A DNA stretch of 25,831 nucleotides from Promethearchaeota archaeon (GTDB lineage Archaea; Asgardarchaeota; Lokiarchaeia; Sigyniarchaeales; SOKP01): positions 1 through 25,831 of the forward strand of contig JAEOTP010000084.1 of the NCBI GenBank assembly GCA_016839765.1, read 5' to 3'. Of the stretch, positions 8,879-17,317 are shown one piece after another (the stretch's first letter is position 1; the number at the start of each line of letters is the position of its first letter). The notes beneath the pieces are model-generated. The model had not been told where the DNA came from. It saw only the letters and a program-made list of their open reading frames with translations, and did not search any database. The position numbers were made by a program, and so were the translations under genes.

Positions 8879-10711
8879 TTATATCTCACCCTTTATTAAG
8901 CGTTCCTCATTTAGATCAAACTTTTTAACAAAAATTTTCCTATATTCTCCAGAAGTTTTAAGAAGCTCCTCGTGTGTTCCCTTAGCGGAAATCTCGCCAT
9001 TTTTTAAAACAATAATAAGATTAGCCCAACGAATTTGACTCAGACGATGCGTAATTAAGAAAGTAGTTCGATTTTTTAAGATATTTTTAATGGCATATTG
9101 AATTTTATCTTCTGTATTAGAATCTATTGCTGATGTTGAGTCATCTAAAATAAGTAACCTGGGGTTTGATAGAAATGCACGTGCAATAGCAATTCTTTGC
9201 CTTTCACCTCCACTTAACTGCACGCCTCTCTCTCCTATCTCAGATTCGTATCCTTTTGCCAAATCTGAAATGAATTCATGAGCTTGAGCCTGATTTGCAG
9301 CGTTTATTACTTCTTCAAGTACGCTTGTTCTCCCAAATGTTATATTATCAAATAACGAAAATGAAAATAAAAAAACATCTTGTTCTATATATGAAATTTG
9401 ATCTCTTAAGGATTTTAATGAATAATCCCGAATATCAATATTATCTACAAGAATTTTACCTTCTGAGACGTCATATAATCTTGATATTAATTTGGTTAAT
9501 GTAGTTTTTCCAGAACCAGTAGTACCGACAATTGCTACCGTTTGACCAGGTCTCACTTCAAATGAAATATTTTTTAAAACATATTTATCGCTTCCTGGAT
9601 ATTTGAAAGAAACTTGATCAAAAACTATTGATCCTTCCAAATCTTTTTTAATACCCTCTGGATTTTCATTAATTTCTGTACTTTGATTCATTAATTCAAG
9701 CAGTCTTTGAGCACTTGAGCCAGCCAACTTAATAATTGCGAATACAAATATTGAGATAAACGTGGGGAATCTCAATAATCCTAATAAAGCTAAATAGGAT
9801 ATTATTTGTCCAATCGAAATCATACCATTTAAATATAAAATCAGAGAATGAGTAAATCCTATTGTAATTATTAATGCTAAATAAAGAATGGGGAGGTATT
9901 TTGCTTGAATTTTCCCTTGTTCTATATACGCGTCCCTATATTTCTCTGCATAGTTTAAATATTTGTTTAATTCGTAAAGTTCTTTAGTTGATCCTTTTAC
10001 AACCTCTATGCCAGAGAGTGCTTCATTTAATGTAGCATTTATCATCCCAAAATTCATCCTTAATTTACCAGTAACAGGTGATAACTTACGGTTATATGAT
10101 CTTAAAGTTATTAAAAACAAAAATGTGAAAATTATTGGTTCTAATACTAATTCTAGAGGATAAAGAAAAATTATGAAGAATAAAGGGATAATTAAAGACG
10201 TAAACGATTCTAAAATTAAAGAAATCGCAGGACTCATCAAAAAATTTAACATTCGGACATCATCGGTAACCCGGGCCATTAAATCTCCTATTTTTTGTTT
10301 ATCATGAAAGGATTGACTTTTCCCTAATAAATTAGTATAAAATTCCTTTCTGGTATCCCTTTCTAATCTCTGAGCTAGTAATTCTCTTTGCATGAAATTT
10401 ATTAATCGAAAAATGGGAGTAATAAGTCCTAAAGTCAAAATTATTATTGTAAATATAATGAGGCTACTTAGGTTAGCATTTAAAAATTCTTCAATAGCTA
10501 AACCAATTATTACTGAAATAATCGATGCTAATATAGACGCCAAAATCGTTGTGAATAATATTATTAAAATAAATGCTTTATTACTTCTATAAAAAATATG
10601 AGATAATATCCAACTACTTACCCCTTTTCTACGTGATTTTTCAAAAGGATCTTTTCCTGGTGAAAACTCTGATAACTGTGTTTCTAACAATGTATCTGAT
10701 TTTTTTGCCAT
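8879..10711 (-). CDS. ABC exporter TMD-NBD half transporter with a degenerate Walker B
   Basis: Walker A GTTGSGKT, signature LSGGERQ and Walker B ILDDSTS (catalytic E to D). Its stop is 1 nt before the next gene's ATG. Confidence 0.93.
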   Translation of the reverse strand: MAKKSDTLLETQLSEFSPGKDPFEKSRRKGVSSWILSHIFYRSNKAFILIILFTTILASILASIISVIIGLAIEEFLNANLSSLIIFTIIILTLGLITPIFRLINFMQRELLAQRLERDTRKEFYTNLLGKSQSFHDKQKIGDLMARVTDDVRMLNFLMSPAISLILESFTSLIIPLFFIIFLYPLELVLEPIIFTFLFLITLRSYNRKLSPVTGKLRMNFGMINATLNEALSGIEVVKGSTKELYELNKYLNYAEKYRDAYIEQGKIQAKYLPILYLALIITIGFTHSLILYLNGMISIGQIISYLALLGLLRFPTFISIFVFAIIKLAGSSAQRLLELMNQSTEINENPEGIKKDLEGSIVFDQVSFKYPGSDKYVLKNISFEVRPGQTVAIVGTTGSGKTTLTKLISRLYDVSEGKILVDNIDIRDYSLKSLRDQISYIEQDVFLFSFSLFDNITFGRTSVLEEVINAANQAQAHEFISDLAKGYESEIGERGVQLSGGERQRIAIARAFLSNPRLLILDDSTSAIDSNTEDKIQYAIKNILKNRTTFLITHRLSQIRWANLIIVLKNGEISAKGTHEELLKTSGEYRKIFVKKFDLNEERLIKGEI

Positions 10712-10934
10712 TTTTGAACTTACTTCTAATTACTCGTAATAAAATTAATAAAAATAATTTCTTAATGAATTTTATTCAATCAAAATAAATGGATAGTGGA
10801 TTTTATAATTTTAACTTATAGATTATTACATTTTAAATTGAACTCTGATTTTTCATATCTCTGAAATACAAAATTAAAAAAAACACAGAATGGGTATAAC
10901 TGTATTTGTTAATAAAGATATTTCATATCAAAAA

Positions 10935-11243
10935 TTATAAATCTGGGTTATAGCGGCAGTATCCGGGACCAATAATCTCAAATTTACCTAGATATTTTGG
11001 GAGATCATTTATATTTTCGACTTCTACAGGTTCCTTGACGTAATATCCGGCGTTGAATTTTTCTACTGCTGAAGTTACTGAAGTTAAGGAATAAAGTTGT
11101 TTTCGTAAAGCAATTACACTTCCATCAGTATATACACGATAAATCATAACAGCCTTTTCCTTGTCCTCGCTCACTTGCACATAGAATTGGTCTCTACCAC
11201 CGATTTTATAATCCAACATTGTAACAGCTAAAATTCTTATCAT
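10935..11243 (-). CDS. Hypothetical protein
   Basis: 102-aa ORF filling the intergenic space, with globular composition and no recognised motif. An alternative start at MLDYK is possible. Confidence 0.65.
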   Translation of the reverse strand: MIRILAVTMLDYKIGGRDQFYVQVSEDKEKAVMIYRVYTDGSVIALRKQLYSLTSVTSAVEKFNAGYYVKEPVEVENINDLPKYLGKFEIIGPGYCRYNPDL

Positions 11244-11344
11244 TATTTCTTTTACTCGAGCTCGGTTCTAATATTCTGTTAATCTCATCAATTAATAATT
11301 TATAGAGTTTCAACTTTTTTAAAAAAGAATAAGATTTTGAAGGG

Positions 11345-11908
11345 TTAGCCTATGATATCATCCTTTTCTATTACGCCATCTTCCATAAGCATTAATCTAG
11401 CAATATTTTCAAATACATTGTCTACATTATCCCCTGTTTTAGCTGAACATTCAAAATAACCTTGCAAATTACTTGATCTTGCTATTTCTATTCCTTCTCC
11501 TGTTGGAACAGATCGATTTTCTTCTAGATCTAATTTACCTCCAACCACTATTATTGGAATATGGTTGTTAGTGGCTTTCATTTCTTCAACGAAAATCGAG
11601 AGCCAGCTGTCAATATTTTTTAAACTCACATATCTAGTGATGTCAAACATGAATATTCCACCTTGAGCACCCTTTACAAAACTTGGAAATAATATCTTAT
11701 AGCGTTCTTCTCCCGCAAAATCCCAAACGTGAAGTCTAACTTTGTGACCATCGACTTCTAAATCTTTTACGCTAAGATCTGTGCCAATAGTCATTTTAAG
11801 ATCTTCTTTAAAAACTCTATCAAGATACCGATGGGTTAAAGAAGTCTTTCCAACTCCACCATCACCACATATACAGAGCTTAAATTTATTCTTTTCAGTT
11901 TTTTCCAT
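11345..11908 (-). CDS. Ras-superfamily (Rab-like) small GTPase
   Basis: G1 GDGGVGKT, G2 TIG, G3 WDFAGEE, G4 GKLD, G5 CSAK. Confidence 0.93.
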   Translation of the reverse strand: MEKTEKNKFKLCICGDGGVGKTSLTHRYLDRVFKEDLKMTIGTDLSVKDLEVDGHKVRLHVWDFAGEERYKILFPSFVKGAQGGIFMFDITRYVSLKNIDSWLSIFVEEMKATNNHIPIIVVGGKLDLEENRSVPTGEGIEIARSSNLQGYFECSAKTGDNVDNVFENIARLMLMEDGVIEKDDIIG

Positions 11909-12107
11909 TTATTTAACCACACTTCAAATTTTAAGGTAAAAGAAAGTTCAGATAAATTCAGTAAAATTTTAAAACAAATTCGTTAAGCTTGCTATACTCA
12001 ATTAAAATATATCTTAATTTTTGTATATTTATGATATTAAAACTTATTATTAAATCTAGTTAAATCAAAATAAAATCTTAATTAGAGATAATTAATTTCT
12101 CAAAAGA

Positions 12108-12536
12108 TTATATGTTATTGAAATTTGAAATTAAATCTTTTTTGATCCACTCATGAATTTGGTCTCTTACGTTTCTAAATGCTAATAATTTTTCGTCTTC
12201 TGTTCCGTTAACCGCAGCAGGATCCGGAAAGGATTTATGAATCATTTTTTTTGCACCAGGAAATACAGGGCATATTTTTTTAGCATTATCACAAACAGTT
12301 ACCACTAAATCAAAATCTGTTCCATAAAAATCTCTCAAATGTTTTGAATAATGATGAGAAATATCAATTCCCACTTCTTTTAAAACTTGAATAGACTGTG
12401 ATCTTACTTCTGAAACTTCAGTACCCGCACTAAAGGCTTCAAATTTATCACTATATAAAGCATTAATTAGTCCTTCCGCCATCTGTGAGCGAGCAGAATT
12501 ATGGGTACATATAATAAGTATTTTCTTTTTTTCCAT
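12108..12536 (-). CDS. arsC: Thioredoxin-coupled arsenate reductase / LMW phosphotyrosine phosphatase family
   Basis: P-loop CTHNSARSQMAE, redox cysteines TVCDNAKKICP and a DP motif. Confidence 0.88.
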   Translation of the reverse strand: MEKKKILIICTHNSARSQMAEGLINALYSDKFEAFSAGTEVSEVRSQSIQVLKEVGIDISHHYSKHLRDFYGTDFDLVVTVCDNAKKICPVFPGAKKMIHKSFPDPAAVNGTEDEKLLAFRNVRDQIHEWIKKDLISNFNNI

Positions 12537-12605
12537 ATTCTATTATCTAAATAAACATACATTTTCTTTATAAACTCAATATAGATAATAGCTCTGTTTT
12601 TCTAT

Positions 12606-13133
12606 CTATTTTGAGATCAATTCATTAGATTTAATCACATGATTTGCCAGGGATTCAAATGCTTTATCTACATTTAATCCATTTTTTGAAGATGTTTTAA
12701 TATAATCAACCATACCGAAACGTTCTTGAGTTTTTTTAGCATAAATGTCAGCCACCATAGAAAATTCCTCTAGATCGCATTTAGCAGCAATTAGAACTAT
12801 CGGTAAATCTTTATACCGTTTTTTTACTAATTGCACCCATTTTCCTATATTTACAAAACTAGTCATGTTAGTAATATCAAAAAGCAATAAAGCTCCTGCT
12901 GCTCCTCTAATATATCTATCAATCATAAATCTGAAACGTTCTTGCCCAGATAAGTCCCATAAAATAAGTTGGCAATTCGCGGAATCTAATTTGGTTTGTT
13001 TAGTGAGAAATTCAACTCCAATTGTCATTGTTGACGTATCTAGAAACTTTCCCTTGGCATATCTATGTAAAAGTGTTGTTTTTCCAACACCTCCGTCTCC
13101 AAGAATGAGAAACTTAAATGCAACTTGCTTCAT
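12606..13133 (-). CDS. Ras-superfamily (Rab-like) small GTPase
   Basis: G1 GDGGVGKT, G2/RabF1 TIGVEF, G3 WDLSGQERF, YIRGA, LLFDIT, G4 AKCD, G5 TSSK. Confidence 0.93.
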   Translation of the reverse strand: MKQVAFKFLILGDGGVGKTTLLHRYAKGKFLDTSTMTIGVEFLTKQTKLDSANCQLILWDLSGQERFRFMIDRYIRGAAGALLLFDITNMTSFVNIGKWVQLVKKRYKDLPIVLIAAKCDLEEFSMVADIYAKKTQERFGMVDYIKTSSKNGLNVDKAFESLANHVIKSNELISK

Positions 13134-13163
13134 TTTGCGATTCAGACTACTTTTCTCACTTTG

Positions 13164-13185
13164 TATATAATTATATAATTATATA
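13164..13185. promoter_or_regulatory. 22-bp AT palindrome / tandem TATA-like element upstream of the GTPase gene
   Basis: tatataattatataattatata is a perfect palindrome located 31-52 bp upstream of the ATG at 13133. It is low complexity. Confidence 0.35.
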
Positions 13186-13238
13186 AAATATAAAGAATTC
13201 AAAAATTTTTAGGGGGTTTAAATTTGTATATGAATTAT

Positions 13239-15380
13239 TTAGCTATCCTTTTCAACTAAATCATAAGCTGATGTAAATATTGCTTTTTTAGCTTTCTTTT
13301 TCTTTGATTTGAAATCCACTGAGGATTTCTGATATACTTTTTCGTTTAGTTCCGATATAAATTGTGAAACTTTTACAAGTTGAGATTCTCTAAACGTTTG
13401 AATAATAGATGGAGATATTAGATATAATTCATCTTTTGCTCTAGTGATTGCTACATAAAATACACGCCTTTCTTCTTCAATAGCTTCAGGATCACCTATT
13501 ACTCTACTTGAAGGAAAAAAATTTTCACATAACATAGGAATAAATACAATTCGCCATTCAAGACCTTTAGCCCTGTGTATTGTAGATAGAATCAAGGGTT
13601 TCTCGTCAATTTGCGGGTTTCCAGCGATTATTGTCTTGGATTCCAAATTAGAGTAATTCAAACTTAAGTTTTCTAAGAATTTTCGAACAGATGGAAAGTT
13701 TTTAGCATATATACTTAATTGGATTAGATCATCTAACCTATCCTGCCAATTTTCAAATTTAGTTTTGATATGATTTTCTAGAATAGGGATAAGATCCTTA
13801 ATAACCTCATCAGCTTTATCTTCAGGTGAAAAGGACAAAAGATTTTTAGTATAAGATACAAGATTTTTTATACCTACTTTAGAGATTTTCGAACCTTTGA
13901 GATTTTCTTCAATAAATAATTTACTTGATATGTTTTGAATCGGATAATTAGTTTTAGAAATTGCTTCAAATAATTTTATCGCTGATTTAGTTCCAATGCC
14001 AGGAATTATTGAAAATATCCTCATCCATGAAATCTCATCATAGTGATTTTCTATTACTTTTAAATGAGCTAGCATATCTTTAATATGGGCTTTTTCGAAA
14101 AAAGCAACTCCCGCTCGTACTTCATAAGGAATATTTTTCGCTCTTAATTCCATCTCAACTCTCATAGAATGAGAACCAGCCCTAATAAGTATTGCCATTT
14201 CATTTAATTCGTAGCCATCTGCTCTTAATTTGAGTATTTGATTGGCAATAAACCGGGCTTGATCCCAATCATCACCAACATTTACTTGATAAGGTTTAAT
14301 GCTATTTTGTCTTGTTGCTTTCATTTTCTTTTGATATTGCTTTTTGTTGTGTTTAATCGAGTTATTAGCTAATTCCAAAATTTGAGGGATACTGCGATAA
14401 TTATAAGCAATTGTATATCTGTTACAATCTTTATAGCGTTTTTCAAATTTCAAAATGTTTTCATAATTAGCACCTCTAAAGGCATAAATGCTTTGAGCAT
14501 CATCTCCAACAGCCATTACGTTATGTTCTGGATTTTCTTTGGCGATTTTATAAATGATTTGATCCTGAATATAATTTGTATCTTGGTATTCATCTACTAA
14601 AATATATTTTATACGTTTTGCTACTAATTTTGCTACAAACCTCTCATCAAGTAAACTGTTCCAAAAAACTAATAAATCATCAAAATCAACAAGATTATCA
14701 TCTGCTTTTTTCTTTCTATAAATTTTGTAAACTTCTTGTAATTTTAAGATAACTGGTTCACTATCAAATTGACTATATTTCCATTGAATGACTTCTCGAA
14801 TTTTTTTGTTGCAATTAATGGAATACGATAAGATATCTTTACACATTGCTGCTGTGGGAAATCTTTCTTCGAGCTCTTCTTTCACCTTTGCTTGTCCAAT
14901 AGCAAGTTTCATTAATCCTTTTGAATCTGTTTCGTCCATAATAATATAATTAGGCTTTAAGCCCATTGTTTTAGCATACATTCTAAGAAATCTATTGGCT
15001 ATTGAGTGAAATGTCCCCGCCCATATTCCCTTCGGTCTTTTTCCAAGAAGTGATTCTACTCTTTTAATCATTTCATTCGCTGCTTTATTAGTAAATGTAA
15101 CTAGCATAATTTGGCTAGGTTTTACTCCTGACAATAATAATTTAGCGACTGAATAGACAATGGTGCGAGTTTTCCCTGATCCCGCTCCAGCAATAACTAA
15201 CATTGGGCCCGAGATATTATTCACAACTTCAATTTGTTCCTCATTTAAATCACTATTAAAATCAACTTCATTATATTCTTCTTTTTTTTCTGGAATTTCT
15301 TCTTCTAAACTTTCTGCATAATCTTCATCATAAAATTCAAAGACATATTCCTCTGCATTTTTGTTTTCTTCGGAAACCAT
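13239..15380 (-). CDS. uvrD: UvrD/PcrA-family SF1 ATP-dependent DNA helicase
   Basis: LNEEQ (Q motif), AGAGSGKT, TFTNKAA, TFHS, LVDEYQD, VGDDAQSIYAFRGA, NYRS, STIHRAKGLEW and EEERRVFYVAITRAK. Confidence 0.95.
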   Translation of the reverse strand: MVSEENKNAEEYVFEFYDEDYAESLEEEIPEKKEEYNEVDFNSDLNEEQIEVVNNISGPMLVIAGAGSGKTRTIVYSVAKLLLSGVKPSQIMLVTFTNKAANEMIKRVESLLGKRPKGIWAGTFHSIANRFLRMYAKTMGLKPNYIIMDETDSKGLMKLAIGQAKVKEELEERFPTAAMCKDILSYSINCNKKIREVIQWKYSQFDSEPVILKLQEVYKIYRKKKADDNLVDFDDLLVFWNSLLDERFVAKLVAKRIKYILVDEYQDTNYIQDQIIYKIAKENPEHNVMAVGDDAQSIYAFRGANYENILKFEKRYKDCNRYTIAYNYRSIPQILELANNSIKHNKKQYQKKMKATRQNSIKPYQVNVGDDWDQARFIANQILKLRADGYELNEMAILIRAGSHSMRVEMELRAKNIPYEVRAGVAFFEKAHIKDMLAHLKVIENHYDEISWMRIFSIIPGIGTKSAIKLFEAISKTNYPIQNISSKLFIEENLKGSKISKVGIKNLVSYTKNLLSFSPEDKADEVIKDLIPILENHIKTKFENWQDRLDDLIQLSIYAKNFPSVRKFLENLSLNYSNLESKTIIAGNPQIDEKPLILSTIHRAKGLEWRIVFIPMLCENFFPSSRVIGDPEAIEEERRVFYVAITRAKDELYLISPSIIQTFRESQLVKVSQFISELNEKVYQKSSVDFKSKKKKAKKAIFTSAYDLVEKDS

Positions 15381-15452
15381 CTAATCCCACTGAGATTTAT
15401 CTCTCTAAATCATAGTATTATAAATATATTTATTGATTATAGCTAAAAATCT

Positions 15453-16280
15453 TTAGGTAAGCAAATATTTTTGAAATTGTAATTCTTCATTAAAGAAATA
15501 TTTAATATCTTGACTCTTTAGAAATTTTAGATGCCTTAAAACATCGAATAGTAAGAAAGTGCCATAAATTTTGGAAAATTTCTTTATGATAAAACGTAAA
15601 GGTAAACCTGGAATTTTTGGTGGGTTAGATGTTTTACATTGATAAGCCACAAATGCATTTAAAAGTCGTATCAAATCATTTTGACATCTTAACCTTAAAT
15701 TTTGATCATTAAAGCGAGCTAATTGAAACCCTTTGCTCCTAAATGTATGAAGATGAAATGTATATATAGGATTCCATACAACGCTTCTCTTAATTGAAGA
15801 TTTTCTATAACGAATCATTCCATATTGGTTTTCTCGCTTTTCATAGTAAGATGCAAAATATACTGCATAAATAGGCGCAATTATTCTTTCCTTTGCCATA
15901 TTAATAAAATAAACCCTACCTTGGTACATATTATGTAATTCTCTTTCTGAGGAAGATGTTATGACTCCTTGTTCATTTTTAGGGATTCGATAATAATAAG
16001 GGCCATTCCCATTTAATATCCAGAGCGCAAAAATACCTTTTTGATTATAATTTCTTGTCCGATTTAATAAGTCCTTTCTATATACCTTTGAATGCTGGAT
16101 TTCTATAGCAATCTTTTTTCCATCTTCTAATTCAACAAATAAATCAATAATTTGATCTCCTATTCTATATTCTTGCTGGATGTTTTTTATTGGATTAGTA
16201 AGTGGAATGTTATCATAAAGGTACTTTTTTATCTTAATATGTTCTATTGATTCGGAAATTTTACCTTCTTTTTCATTCAT
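15453..16280 (-). CDS. CoiA-like PD-(D/E)xK-superfamily nuclease domain protein
   Basis: ESIEHIKIK, EYRIGDQIIDLF...AIEIQHS and RTRNYNQKGIFALWI match the CoiA nuclease core (E..D..ExQ). No N-terminal Zn finger. Confidence 0.75.
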   Translation of the reverse strand: MNEKEGKISESIEHIKIKKYLYDNIPLTNPIKNIQQEYRIGDQIIDLFVELEDGKKIAIEIQHSKVYRKDLLNRTRNYNQKGIFALWILNGNGPYYYRIPKNEQGVITSSSERELHNMYQGRVYFINMAKERIIAPIYAVYFASYYEKRENQYGMIRYRKSSIKRSVVWNPIYTFHLHTFRSKGFQLARFNDQNLRLRCQNDLIRLLNAFVAYQCKTSNPPKIPGLPLRFIIKKFSKIYGTFLLFDVLRHLKFLKSQDIKYFFNEELQFQKYLLT

Positions 16281-16390
16281 TTAATCAATTTTATTATAAT
16301 TTCTAATTTTTAAACTTAGAAGTTTTTTTGTTAAAAATTCTAAAAATAGTGAAAAATGAAACGAAATTTGACGAGATTAAAATATTAATT

Positions 16391-16409
16391 GAAAAATAGG
16401 TTATTTTTC
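16391..16409 (-). terminator. Short hairpin downstream of the methyltransferase gene
   Basis: gaaaaata-ggt-tatttttc has 8-bp arms and lies 11 nt after the stop at 16421. It is AT-rich, so weak. Confidence 0.3.
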
Positions 16410-16420
16410 GAGAATAAATT

Positions 16421-17077
16421 TCAAATATTATAGGAAATAATCCAAAAATATTCTAAAAATTTAATCTTAAGATTTTTAATTTTATTTCCAAGAGTCTCGA
16501 GAATTTCTTTCTTTGTAGGAAAATTCTTCAATATTTCATATTCTCGACCATCCTCTAATTTCCTTACTTGATAAGTATTTCCATCAATGTCAATTCGACT
16601 AATTGGAGTTGAGATTCCCTCAACACGCCGATTATCCATAAAAATAAGAAGAGCGTCTGATTGCAATTTTGAATGAAATAGTGCAAGAAATCTTTTTAAT
16701 TCAGATTTTAATATATGAGACCACCAAAAACCGGCAAAGCCAGCGGAAAAATTATTCTTAATTTTTTTTAATGAATAAACATCATCTTGAATAAAAAACA
16801 CATGATCCGAAGAAATTCCGCGATTTCTTGCTATTTGAAGAACCTCTTCATTTATATCAACAGCAGTAATAAATTTTGAAACAGATGCAATAGTTCTAGT
16901 CCAATAGCCAGTCCCACATGCAATTTCAAGTACCCTATGATCGCTTAAAAGTCTCTTTAGCAATTTATGAAGCTTTTTAATATCTTTCTGGCGTTCAGGT
17001 CTTAAATAAGTTTTATTATATTCATAGGCTCTATCTGCATAATATTTTTCGACATTCTTCTCAATTTTTCTAGACAT
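16421..17077 (-). CDS. Class I SAM-dependent methyltransferase
   Basis: Motif I VLEIACGTGYWT, acidic AVDIN, QDD and FAGFWWSHI. I prefer the ATG at 17077. Confidence 0.88.
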   Translation of the reverse strand: MSRKIEKNVEKYYADRAYEYNKTYLRPERQKDIKKLHKLLKRLLSDHRVLEIACGTGYWTRTIASVSKFITAVDINEEVLQIARNRGISSDHVFFIQDDVYSLKKIKNNFSAGFAGFWWSHILKSELKRFLALFHSKLQSDALLIFMDNRRVEGISTPISRIDIDGNTYQVRKLEDGREYEILKNFPTKKEILETLGNKIKNLKIKFLEYFWIISYNI

Positions 17078-17317
17078 ATATCTACACAATTTTAGATTGA
17101 ATATAACTATATATTTATTAGATATTCTTATTTGATACTGAAATGAATAATTTTTTGATTTTAAATTGAATCCTCTTTTTTTATGCGAATTATATATATA
17201 GAGTATATAGTTATTATTTTAATTTGATCAATTATTTATCTTATATAACTAAACTAATACAATATTGATATTTAAAATTCTATATAGATGTAATATTATA
17301 AGGTTAGGGAATTAAAT

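Noticed and set aside
12745-13170. 141-aa plus-strand ORF, and the other antisense or nested ORFs (204-392, 1519-1701, 6012-6353, 7352-9504, 10392-10788, 14382-14600, 19893-20480, 24635-25124)
   Set aside because: They overlap well-supported genes, have shadow-frame composition and show no motifs.
16312-16325. aaactt-ag-aagttt palindrome upstream of the CoiA-like gene
   Set aside because: It is short and AT-rich, so expected by chance.
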